DNA from: Crocinitomicaceae bacterium
GTDB lineage: Bacteria; Bacteroidota; Bacteroidia; Flavobacteriales_D; Crocinitomicaceae
Length of the DNA stretch: 33,447 nt
Assembly: GCA_050289845.1 (NCBI GenBank)
Contig: JBNKGN010000001.1
Location: 1-33,447, forward strand
Direction: 5' to 3'
Of this stretch, positions 23,768 to 32,709 are shown one piece after another. Under the pieces are notes generated by a model. It was not told the DNA's origin, searched no databases, and saw only the letters and a list, made by a program, of their open reading frames with translations. The position numbers and the translations under genes were made by a program. The stretch's first letter is position 1. Every line of letters begins with the position of its first letter.

Positions 23768-25249
23768 TCACTGCTTTATCAAACGCATCGAATGACTTTT
23801 CTCAACACGGATTAAGTAGACGCCGGATTGCAAGGTTTCAATATCAATAACGCTGGTTGGCTGTGTAAGTTCTCCCGATACTAATTCACGCCCGTTTAGG
23901 TCTACAATAGAATAGCCGATTGCACCTATGAAATTCTCCAATTCAACCTGTAAAAGTCCAGTATTGGGATTGGGATAGATCTGAAAGACTGCGGCGTGTT
24001 CGTTTTCTTCCAACGATGCGTTCGGGCAACCGCTAAGGTTCAATGCGCAAGCGATTCGGGGACAAAGGTAATTGGCAACAGTATCCAAATATGCGTTGGA
24101 TTGGGTCAGACTCATGCCAGGGTTGGTCAGAAATCCCTGATCATTAAATGTTCCGCCAGCAGGGTGGGGAATGTCCCATGTGGTAAAATCCCAATAATTC
24201 CACGGCGAATATTCGGTACTCGTGGTAATGAAAGGATACAATCCATCCAATCCTGCGTTATTCAGGTCGGCTTGAGCGGTATATGCGTCCGAATAGGTGA
24301 TCGAAGAAAAAGGGGTGTTATTCCCATAAAACGCTTGTCTTCGTTGAATTCCCTTGGAGCCAGAGGCATTGATGATAAAATCCCCAGACGTTTGGGTGAT
24401 CACTGCGCCAAAATCATAGGGAGCAAAAGGATCAAAAGGAAGTCCAAGGCTCACCATAGGAACATCGCCAGCTTCAATCCAGGTGGAATCTCCAACATAT
24501 CCTCCCAAATTGAAAGCAAAGTGAATCGCGCTGCTATAGCTAGGATAGTTGGCAATCGTTAGTGGTCTTGTTTGTGTGGCATACACATTTCCAGAAAGGG
24601 ATGAATCCACATAGGACTGCAAGGTTGTTGGGTTGATATATTTTGGAAGGGTCCATTCTTCATAACGGTCGAGGAATGCAAGACTGGCACTGATTTGACC
24701 TCCAACTCCAAAACCACCACTGATGATGCGGCTGGTATCAATTCCAAATGTATTGTTCTGTGCATCTACATCCATCCGCAGATAGCGCACCAACGTAAAT
24801 CCATCTTGAGACGCACGATATTGGGCGTTGAGATACGTACTTGTTCTAATTTCTTGCGTCGAGCCGTTTGGATTCCATCCCAATCGATAATTGTAGGAGA
24901 TTGCCACAAAGCCTCGCTTTGCGAGATTTTCGCAGAAATGTACAATCGCAGAATCGCGCTTATCACCGTATGGCATTCCATTTAGGGACGGCGGAAGAAA
25001 TTCACCATCGTGCGCAATGATAACGACTGGTCGCTCCGTTTCTGTATCACCAATTGGTTCGTAGACGTCCATCAGTAATGTCTCTGCGGACGGAAATCCA
25101 TTAATAACGGTAATACTATTCGCGTAGGGAACGTCATTCGTTACAGAGACATCCGCAAAAACCTCTGAAATATAGCGTTGCGAAAAGGTGCCAAAGCTAA
25201 AAAACAATAGGACGGTTAGAAATAATTGAGTTGCGAGTGAGGACTTCAT
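23768..25249 (-). CDS. Secreted alpha/beta-hydrolase-fold (esterase/lipase-like) protein with T9SS C-terminal sorting domain; catalytic motifs diverged
   Basis: 493 aa with a signal peptide. Block order is typical of Abhydrolase_3/BD-FAE-like enzymes (PVVIIAHDGEF ... ISYNYRLG ... SQDGFTLVRYL ... IDTSRIISGGFGVGGQIS). The C-terminal IYPNPNTGLLQVEL...GVYLIRVE looks like a T9SS CTD. Confidence 0.78.
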   Translation of the reverse strand: MKSSLATQLFLTVLLFFSFGTFSQRYISEVFADVSVTNDVPYANSITVINGFPSAETLLMDVYEPIGDTETERPVVIIAHDGEFLPPSLNGMPYGDKRDSAIVHFCENLAKRGFVAISYNYRLGWNPNGSTQEIRTSTYLNAQYRASQDGFTLVRYLRMDVDAQNNTFGIDTSRIISGGFGVGGQISASLAFLDRYEEWTLPKYINPTTLQSYVDSSLSGNVYATQTRPLTIANYPSYSSAIHFAFNLGGYVGDSTWIEAGDVPMVSLGLPFDPFAPYDFGAVITQTSGDFIINASGSKGIQRRQAFYGNNTPFSSITYSDAYTAQADLNNAGLDGLYPFITTSTEYSPWNYWDFTTWDIPHPAGGTFNDQGFLTNPGMSLTQSNAYLDTVANYLCPRIACALNLSGCPNASLEENEHAAVFQIYPNPNTGLLQVELENFIGAIGYSIVDLNGRELVSGELTQPTSVIDIETLQSGVYLIRVEKSHSMRLIKQ

Positions 25250-25496
25250 AATTGACGGAATTGTGTTTTGCCCAAAGTTATGTCCATAGGTATAGTTATA
25301 AAATGATATAAATCAACTTTATAAGGAATTATTGATAGGGATTGTTGGATGCACCAGGCGACGGTAAAAATGGATTGTACAGGCGGGAGGTTTTTTCACT
25401 TCCAGCAGGGAAGTCTTTACTTTCCAATACTTGTCAACCATACGACTACTAATTTCGTTAGCGTAGTAAAGCTTGAGACATCTAATTTCAAAATCA

Positions 25497-25943
25497 ATGA
25501 AATCAATAATTTTTTTAACGACCCTATCGCTCGCCTTTCTAATCGCATCTGGATGCAAGAAAAAGGTTATGGATAGTCGAAAGAAGTATATCGGAACTTG
25601 GGAAATGACAATACTTAATGAAGGAACGACCTATAGTACTGATATGGGCGGAAATTCTGTAACAGAACATTATTCAAACACGATTGTTCAAGATGTTGAT
25701 ATTACAATGGATGAAACGACTGAAGACGGTCTCATCCTTCATTTTAGTAGTGGTACAAAAGAGATTTCATTAACGAGTAATGGCAAGTTTGAGAAAAAAT
25801 GCAACGCACCTTTGACAACGGTCATAACGGGTTCTTTTCAATCGAAACATGAAATGACAATGGTGATGTCTAATTGGGGTCATTGCAATTCCTATTCAGC
25901 TGGGGGCCATTCGAATCAAACGATCTCAGGAGTAAAAAAGTAA
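25497..25943 (+). CDS. Small lipoprotein (148 aa), unknown function
   Basis: The ORF-track start at 25473 is TTG. The first ATG, at 25497, gives MKSIIFLTTLSLAFLIASGCKKK, a signal peptide with a lipobox Cys. Confidence 0.7.
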   Translation: MKSIIFLTTLSLAFLIASGCKKKVMDSRKKYIGTWEMTILNEGTTYSTDMGGNSVTEHYSNTIVQDVDITMDETTEDGLILHFSSGTKEISLTSNGKFEKKCNAPLTTVITGSFQSKHEMTMVMSNWGHCNSYSAGGHSNQTISGVKK

Positions 25944-26078
25944 GAATGAAAATAGCACGCTGTCCAGATTGATTATACCAGTAATAAGGGATCCACGGAG
26001 GTTTTTTCGAACCGAATTTTTGAAAAAATAGGTTTTCGTGCGGCTTTGGAGTTTCGGTAAGAAATGGGTGATAATAAG

Positions 26079-26105
26079 AAAAGCACTCCGCTAGAAGTGC
26101 TTTTT
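26079..26105. terminator. Probable bidirectional hairpin terminator between convergent genes
   Basis: AAAAGCACT-(8 nt loop)-AGTGCTTTT is a perfect 9-bp stem with A/T runs on both sides. It lies in the 402-bp spacer between the lipoprotein gene and the 2064-aa gene. Confidence 0.45.
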
Positions 26106-26345
26106 GTGACCTTAAGCGGTTGGATGTCTAACTTTTTGGAGGAGGATTTGGAGAAAATTGAAGCTCTTTTTATTGTTAATAAACGCACTGTTGAACAACT
26201 TAACGGGGAAACACCGACAAAAACAGGAATTAATCACAGTCCGAGTTAATATTCCGTAATTCTACCAAATAGCATTTTTTGATTTGGATTTCTATAAAAG
26301 TTTCAACCTTCTAGGTCAAGTATGAATCTATCAATAGAGTCATGT

Positions 26346-29300
26346 TTAATGAACAACAATTTTAGAACATCCTAATCCAGAGACATTGACGAAATAAACA
26401 CCTGGACTTAAATGGCCAATATCCAAGCTTACCGATTTATTCTTGGTGTTCGCATCCAGTAATTTCTTACCATGAACATCCAATATTTCAACGTTTCGGG
26501 GCATTCCGTCTGGTAGTTTAACATTGAGTTTTCCAGAGCTTGGATTTGGGTACAATGTGAATAATTGAATTTCATGTTGTTCTAACGACAAATTGTCTAT
26601 GTCAACGTATTCAACTGTAGACATTTCATCGCATCCATCAAAATTCGTTGTCAACAAAGCGTAGAACCCCGATTGAGTTATAACATACGAATCTTGCGTA
26701 GCTCCGACAATTGGATTAAAATCGAAATACCATTGATAACCGGAACCGATAAAGTCACTTTGAAGCACCGTATCATCCACTACCGTGAAAGACGAGTTAG
26801 TTACCGATGCTATCAAGGTATGACTGTCCTCAGAAATACAACCATCTTGATTGATAATAACAAGAGTTACAGTTCCTGGGCTTGTTGCCGTCACTTGTGA
26901 TATATTCTGAATAGTTATGCTCCAATCGTAATTATTTCCGGACAATATTGGGCTTGCTGTTAGATCAACGCCCGTTCCAGGGCATATTATGGTATCCCCT
27001 AAAATTTCCGCTGGAACTGGTGTAGGCAATAGTGAAATATTTAACGTGTCTACTGAAATACACCCATGAAAATCGGTTGCCGTCAGCGTTACCTGCCCTG
27101 CTGCAGTTACAAAGATAGAATCTGTAACGCTCGAATTTGACCAATTTAATTGCTGATCATTGCTAGACACTGAAGATTGCAGCAAAAGGCTGTCATATAC
27201 GCAGAGAACAGAATCTCCCTGAATCTGAACTTCTTCATATCCATAGTAAGTAAACAAAACAGTATTATTTGCTGCATCGAAATCAGTCAGTCCATTCGGA
27301 AAATCAATGTTTACGAATATGGAATATGTCTCCCCAGACAGGAATGGAAATGTTCCCAAATTTATCTCATCAGCACCACCCGATGCAATAGAACCCGTCC
27401 AAACGCCTGTGATAGGTGTTCCGCTATTCACACTCCATTCATACGTAAATGAAGTCAATGAAGTATCCAAATTGTTTTGAACGAGAATAACTACACTATC
27501 CTGCAAGACACACAACAATCCGTCGGGTGCTAACAAGCTATCGATAGCGATATCATAAAACAAGGTTGAATCAAAATCGAACTCGTCCGCACCAATATCT
27601 GGGAAGTTCAAATCCCTAATCTCCGCGTCAATATCATCTGTTACACTCGGTAAAGGAACTCCGGCACTATCGATGATTGCTGCATTCGTATGTAAGTCCG
27701 TATTCGAGAAGAATTGAGGGTCTCCAAAGATTGAATTATTATCGTTTGCGGTGGTTGATTGCCAAGATGCAAAGCTGTAATTGGCACCGTCTATACTGGC
27801 AAAATCAAGTATTGATCCTCCATGAAAGAGGTTGTAATTGCTTGATACATTCCCCAGATTGTTTACACTTTGACCGAAAAAATAATGGTAGCTACTGTCT
27901 TCGAGTTTGACTATGTTATTTTGAAAATCCAATCCGACGGTATTCTCTAATTGAAGTCCGTTCTCTCCTGCCAAAAAGGAATTATTGTAAATTTTTATGT
28001 CAGCGCAATCACTCGTCCAAATTGGACTCTTCTCAGTAACGATGAAATTGTTTTTGGCAATTGTTTCCCCGGAAATCTGAACCAAATTAAGCCCATTGTG
28101 CGTAGATTTTATGGTATTTTCGGAAATTAAAACTGGTCCTGCACTCCAAGAAATATCAATGGCCGAATTAAAATACTGCTGCGATACGTCAAAGTGGTTA
28201 TTGATAAACTCTAAATTCTCAGAAGAGAAGTGTCTAACAAAGCCATAATCACCGGTGAATTTACAGTCTTGCAATAGAAAATTATCACAATGGTCCACGT
28301 CAATTCTAGTCGTCTTAAAAGTACAACTCTTAAAGCTTAAGCCATCCGCTCCAGGAACGAAAGAATTTTCCGTTTCGAACTCCGATTCAGGTCCGAAATA
28401 ACACGAATCAAATGATAAGTTTGTTGCCTCAAAAAGACTCAAGTCTGGCGAGTTTGAGGTGTTGTTTTTCTCGAAGTTCAAATGTTTGAAATAGACGTTA
28501 TATACTCCATGAAAATCTAACTTACCCGAGAGAGAACCTGAAGAAACGATCACATTGCCCGTATCTGGTATTGCCGACTGGAAATAGATCGCTGTAGTGC
28601 TCGTATTTCCAGGAATTGGACCCAAATCTCCCCAGTTGTTGTAAAATCCTGGGTTTATATTGAACCATACGGTGTCACAGATTCCTACGTGCAAGTTTGT
28701 CAATGCATCTTGAATAGTAGTAAAGTCCGCAGATGTTCCGCCTACTGTGTAAACTCCTGCTAGCTTCGTACTTAACGTGAATTCGAAATCATTGTTCTGG
28801 TATAATGAATCTTCAATTCCATTTGGCATGTTCGAATTCAAGCTAATGACTGGATTTACTCCGAGCACAGCGTAATTACCGATAAATACATTTACTGTAT
28901 CAAAGGAATTGATCAGAGTTTGCACAGAAACAGTATCAATAGTACTTCCATTAATGCTCACGTACACTTCAAAACTATCAATTGGATCGGATCCATAATT
29001 TGACATTTCAACATAGAGGTCTTCCTGCGCATCTTGACATATACTTGTGCCACTTAAATTGGAGCTCGGTAGCATAACCAAATCAATAAGTGGTTTCTCA
29101 AATTCGTGCGATCCCATATCGGGAGAAATGACATCACGTAGATTCAATACAATATCATCCGTTATTCCACCAAGAGGAATTCCATTGTTATCAATCAAGT
29201 CAGTAACGGTAGGCAAAAGCAATGAATCACTTATAAAAACTGGGTCAAAGAAAGTAGAATTCGCATCTTGATTCGTAGCCGTTTTATAGGCTAAGAAATC

Positions 29301-32300
29301 GGACAAAATAGTCCCTTGATTTCTGACAAAAATGCTACCCTCATTGTAGAAATTGTTATGATCAGAATTAAGCCCTACAGCGTTGTCCAACTGGAAGAAA
29401 TATCCCGTTCCGTTAAACACAAACTGATTGTTGTAAAGAAGAAGTGAATCTTGAACTTCGCTGTATATTATTTTGGATACCGTTGTGACTTGGTTCTCTG
29501 CTTGCTCTGAATAGAAACTATTGAAAAGAATTTGCGCTTCATTCACATTGATCAAATCTACTGTAGCACTGTTAGCATTCGATCTTTCAATTTGAGAGAG
29601 CGAGTTATTGTAGAATACAAGCGGCTGATTTCCAGTATTATTTGGGGAGGTTATGCGCACCAAGTTGCCATTACCGTATCCTAGCATCGTATTGTGGTGA
29701 ATGAGAAGACTGTCATTTGCCAAATGCTCAATATCAAGCACCGAAGGAACATTCAAAAAGCTACCGATGTGATTGCTATAATTGTAAGCAATTTCAATAC
29801 TGTCGAAATCCAGAAGAACAATGTCTTCTCTCACAATCGAGTCAAAGTGATTGCTGATTATGCTAATGCCTTGCCCATCAAGGGTATTCATTAAATAAGC
29901 TTCAGAGTGCACTCCTCGAGATCCATTCTGAAAACGGTTGTTTTTAATCGAAATGTTTTTTACCACAGTTGAATCGTACCGTGCCGATTGAATGTACACG
30001 TTATCCACATACTGCGAAAGTTGAGAGTTCTGAAAAATACAAGAATCAATCTTTATATTCTCTGCTCCAATTCCAATCCAAAAATTTGGAACGGTTCCTG
30101 CTTGCGTATTGTTCCTATCGAGAGTTAGGTGCTTGAAAGTTATATTTTTAGAATTGATAATTGAGACCAATGCGTTACTTATAAACGGATTTATTGGGTA
30201 CTTGAGAACAACGTCTTGTGCGGTTTGTGTCTCAGACTGAATTAGAACAGAATCAGTACTTGCATAATTATCAATATTTTCCAGTTCGAATTCCCATTGA
30301 TAGATTCCAGGACGAATATTCAATACTACATTACCGCACGTTCCGTAGGTACTCAAACTCAAGAAGGCATCCTGTGGTGTCGCGTAATCTGGATTTATCC
30401 CTCCAATGGTGTACGTCCCATTTAAGCGGTACAGTGGGAAAACAACTTCACTCGTATCGTTTGCGTTGTATGTATCAGGAACACCGTTAGGATCTTCCAC
30501 CCAAACTGTAAATTCATTGTTTGCTTGAAACTGTCCGTAGTTCAGTACCGTTAGTGGTGTCACAGAATCACCAGGAGACAAATTTCCAGACCAGAAAATA
30601 CTATCTTCTGTTCCAATTGCATCTTCGAAATGAATCCAACAACTTGTCAGATTGTTTTCTCCTTCATTTATTAAGGTGACGATGATATCTTCATTCGTAT
30701 AACATGCGAGGCTGTCGAATTCATTTAATGTTCGAATAGCTGCATCATCAGGAGTACAAGAAACAGGTGTGAATTCTATCTTGAGTGTATCATTTGTTGT
30801 CAAATAGTTCTGCACCCCATTTACATTCGACACCCAAATTTCACACGTGTACGTCGAATCTTGTACATTAAAACTTCCCACAGGAAAATCTTGTATATTT
30901 TGCCCCGAAAGTAAAGAACCTGTCCAATTTACATTAGGCTGTAATATTCCATTCATACTCCAATTAAATACAATATCTGTTACAGGATCCGCTCCCAAGT
31001 TTCCAAAGTCAATGCTAATCGGAGTCAATCCAATGCACGTAGAATCATTTGGCAAATCGCTAGATTCAAAAAGCCATACATCCGTAACAACAGGATGCGA
31101 ACACCCCGTTTGAAAATTTTGATTGTGCGCCTGCGTGCCACAAACGGCATTGGTCGTTGCATAATCCATTACATAATTTCCAGCGATCACATTATAGGGC
31201 TCCAATCCTTGGTTGGCGGATCCAATAGTTGTTGAAAAGTACATAATATCGTCCTGATCCATAACGTGTCCAAGGAGATGAGCATGTCCCAATTCGTGCA
31301 ATGCAACTGAGGTGAAATCGAATTGATTTGTAGGAACATTACCATTGCCGTAATACCAGTTAGTAGTACTACTAAAAACTATGTCTTGTTCGGATACGTA
31401 ATAGTCCACACCGTTGCACGAACTTGAAAACGTATTACAAACGCCTAAAACGCCTGCAGACAACGGCCCATAAAAAACCAAATCAATTCCATCCGAAGCA
31501 ACAGCCCCAACAAAACTTGAGTTACCGGATATTTCCCAATTAATACCCGTTGCGCATTTCCAAGTGTCCATGGCCGAAGCAAACCAAGTTTCACCGGCGG
31601 CACCGAACAAACTCACATTCATTGTCCAAGTTCGCCCCCCAGTTCCATTATCATCATGCAGATATGCGATCTTTTCGTCATTCGCATTAAGTATTGCAAA
31701 TGGAATAATGAGCGAATCAACTGAATTCATCACAATTGAATTTGCTTCCACTTTTATCGGGCCCGTTCCGGCTCTAGTTGGAACAACAACCTCGATCAAT
31801 GAATCCGTCCAAGTCAAGTAATTCGCAAGAGGCGGTTCATAATATATAGGAACACCTCCGCTATTAGCATCCGGAAAAGAAACGAACTCCGACAAATTGG
31901 GGCCAGAAGTACCAAATCCAGAACCAATAACCTTTAATGTGTCGCCTGTACCCGCTGTTATCACTGGAGGATAAAAAGACACGGTGTTGCCTTGACTTGC
32001 AAAGGTGTTAAAGCCAAAGTTTGGTATAGTATAATTGATTATGGCACCAAAAGAACTCGCCAAATCAACTTCTAAAACTTGAACATTTTCTGCATAAAAC
32101 GGACAACTTGCGTAGGCATGGTTATCGTCATATTTCAAAAAACCTTGTTGAGATGCGTAGGTATCATGTAAACCACTCCCGAAACTTCTAGTAAAAAAGA
32201 TTCCATAGTCTCCAATTGTGTATTTCACAAGCGACGAAGTACTATGTATTATATTGCCAACTTTTCCGCCTAAGCTTACGACAATTATCGTATCGGTGCT

Positions 32301-32540
32301 CAACGTACCTTTAAACAGTGCATCCACATGAACCATATTATACGTGTAAATCATGGTGCCAGCAGCATTCCATTGACTGTGCATTTGGATCACTTCACCT
32401 CTCACAATTACTTCAGAAGAGTCTAACTTTTCCTGCATGCTCACAGCATATAAATCAGATTCACATGAAAAAGCAACGTGATAAGTTCCAAATAAGAACA
32501 GAATAAACAACAATAAGAGTCTAATCCTCATGGTGGTCAA
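26346..32540 (-). CDS. Giant (2064 aa) secreted multidomain protein: N-terminal Cys-capped domain, IPT/TIG-like domain, metzincin-type zinc metalloprotease, CARDB-like Ig domains, two paralogous parallel beta-helix modules, Ig-like repeats, T9SS C-terminal sorting domain
   Basis: It has a signal peptide (…GTYHVAFS/C). The zinc site is HELGHAHLLGH, followed by a Met-turn candidate DDIMY. The beta-helix modules begin L.G.YT.GG...D..T.QDA and end TDDI....RD....D.G..EF. The C-terminal LYPNPSSGKLNVKL...GVYFVNV looks like a T9SS CTD. Confidence 0.88.
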   Translation of the reverse strand: MTTMRIRLLLLFILFLFGTYHVAFSCESDLYAVSMQEKLDSSEVIVRGEVIQMHSQWNAAGTMIYTYNMVHVDALFKGTLSTDTIIVVSLGGKVGNIIHSTSSLVKYTIGDYGIFFTRSFGSGLHDTYASQQGFLKYDDNHAYASCPFYAENVQVLEVDLASSFGAIINYTIPNFGFNTFASQGNTVSFYPPVITAGTGDTLKVIGSGFGTSGPNLSEFVSFPDANSGGVPIYYEPPLANYLTWTDSLIEVVVPTRAGTGPIKVEANSIVMNSVDSLIIPFAILNANDEKIAYLHDDNGTGGRTWTMNVSLFGAAGETWFASAMDTWKCATGINWEISGNSSFVGAVASDGIDLVFYGPLSAGVLGVCNTFSSSCNGVDYYVSEQDIVFSSTTNWYYGNGNVPTNQFDFTSVALHELGHAHLLGHVMDQDDIMYFSTTIGSANQGLEPYNVIAGNYVMDYATTNAVCGTQAHNQNFQTGCSHPVVTDVWLFESSDLPNDSTCIGLTPISIDFGNLGADPVTDIVFNWSMNGILQPNVNWTGSLLSGQNIQDFPVGSFNVQDSTYTCEIWVSNVNGVQNYLTTNDTLKIEFTPVSCTPDDAAIRTLNEFDSLACYTNEDIIVTLINEGENNLTSCWIHFEDAIGTEDSIFWSGNLSPGDSVTPLTVLNYGQFQANNEFTVWVEDPNGVPDTYNANDTSEVVFPLYRLNGTYTIGGINPDYATPQDAFLSLSTYGTCGNVVLNIRPGIYQWEFELENIDNYASTDSVLIQSETQTAQDVVLKYPINPFISNALVSIINSKNITFKHLTLDRNNTQAGTVPNFWIGIGAENIKIDSCIFQNSQLSQYVDNVYIQSARYDSTVVKNISIKNNRFQNGSRGVHSEAYLMNTLDGQGISIISNHFDSIVREDIVLLDFDSIEIAYNYSNHIGSFLNVPSVLDIEHLANDSLLIHHNTMLGYGNGNLVRITSPNNTGNQPLVFYNNSLSQIERSNANSATVDLINVNEAQILFNSFYSEQAENQVTTVSKIIYSEVQDSLLLYNNQFVFNGTGYFFQLDNAVGLNSDHNNFYNEGSIFVRNQGTILSDFLAYKTATNQDANSTFFDPVFISDSLLLPTVTDLIDNNGIPLGGITDDIVLNLRDVISPDMGSHEFEKPLIDLVMLPSSNLSGTSICQDAQEDLYVEMSNYGSDPIDSFEVYVSINGSTIDTVSVQTLINSFDTVNVFIGNYAVLGVNPVISLNSNMPNGIEDSLYQNNDFEFTLSTKLAGVYTVGGTSADFTTIQDALTNLHVGICDTVWFNINPGFYNNWGDLGPIPGNTSTTAIYFQSAIPDTGNVIVSSGSLSGKLDFHGVYNVYFKHLNFEKNNTSNSPDLSLFEATNLSFDSCYFGPESEFETENSFVPGADGLSFKSCTFKTTRIDVDHCDNFLLQDCKFTGDYGFVRHFSSENLEFINNHFDVSQQYFNSAIDISWSAGPVLISENTIKSTHNGLNLVQISGETIAKNNFIVTEKSPIWTSDCADIKIYNNSFLAGENGLQLENTVGLDFQNNIVKLEDSSYHYFFGQSVNNLGNVSSNYNLFHGGSILDFASIDGANYSFASWQSTTANDNNSIFGDPQFFSNTDLHTNAAIIDSAGVPLPSVTDDIDAEIRDLNFPDIGADEFDFDSTLFYDIAIDSLLAPDGLLCVLQDSVVILVQNNLDTSLTSFTYEWSVNSGTPITGVWTGSIASGGADEINLGTFPFLSGETYSIFVNIDFPNGLTDFDAANNTVLFTYYGYEEVQIQGDSVLCVYDSLLLQSSVSSNDQQLNWSNSSVTDSIFVTAAGQVTLTATDFHGCISVDTLNISLLPTPVPAEILGDTIICPGTGVDLTASPILSGNNYDWSITIQNISQVTATSPGTVTLVIINQDGCISEDSHTLIASVTNSSFTVVDDTVLQSDFIGSGYQWYFDFNPIVGATQDSYVITQSGFYALLTTNFDGCDEMSTVEYVDIDNLSLEQHEIQLFTLYPNPSSGKLNVKLPDGMPRNVEILDVHGKKLLDANTKNKSVSLDIGHLSPGVYFVNVSGLGCSKIVVH

Positions 32541-32674
32541 TTTTTACATGCAAAAGTACTATTAATTGTAGGTATCCACAAAGCGCTTGTCCTCTGGGAA
32601 TGATGAGCTTTCGTATTGACTGCGCTTTCGATTCTTTTGGATGAATTTCTTGATCTAGAGAAGTAAATCTTAGA

Positions 32675-32704
32675 AAACAAAAAAAGCTTCCATCTCTGGA
32701 AGCT
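32675..32704 (-). terminator. Rho-independent terminator downstream of tRNA-Arg
   Basis: The minus strand reads AGCTTCCA-GAGA-TGGAAGCT, a hairpin followed by TTTTTTTGTTTT. It begins 5 nt after the tRNA 3' end. Confidence 0.6.
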
Positions 32705-32709
32705 TTTTG

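Noticed and set aside
23996-24562. 188-aa + strand ORF antisense to the 493-aa T9SS hydrolase-fold gene (also 24695-24985 and 24559-24765).
   Set aside because: These are shadow ORFs with Arg/Gly/Ile-rich low-information sequence. The opposite strand encodes a protein with a signal peptide, fold motifs and a CTD.
25319-25576. 79-aa (-) and 75-aa (+) ORFs in the divergent promoter region between the hydrolase-fold gene and the lipoprotein gene.
   Set aside because: They mutually overlap in an AT-rich promoter region. The + ORF also overlaps the better-supported lipoprotein frame.
26064-26249. 61-aa + strand ORF (and the 71-aa minus-strand ORF 25973-26188) in the long convergent spacer.
   Set aside because: The strong terminator-like hairpin (26079-26105) lies inside both ORFs. 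Neither has a recognisable motif, and they overlap each other on opposite strands. A very small real gene cannot be excluded.
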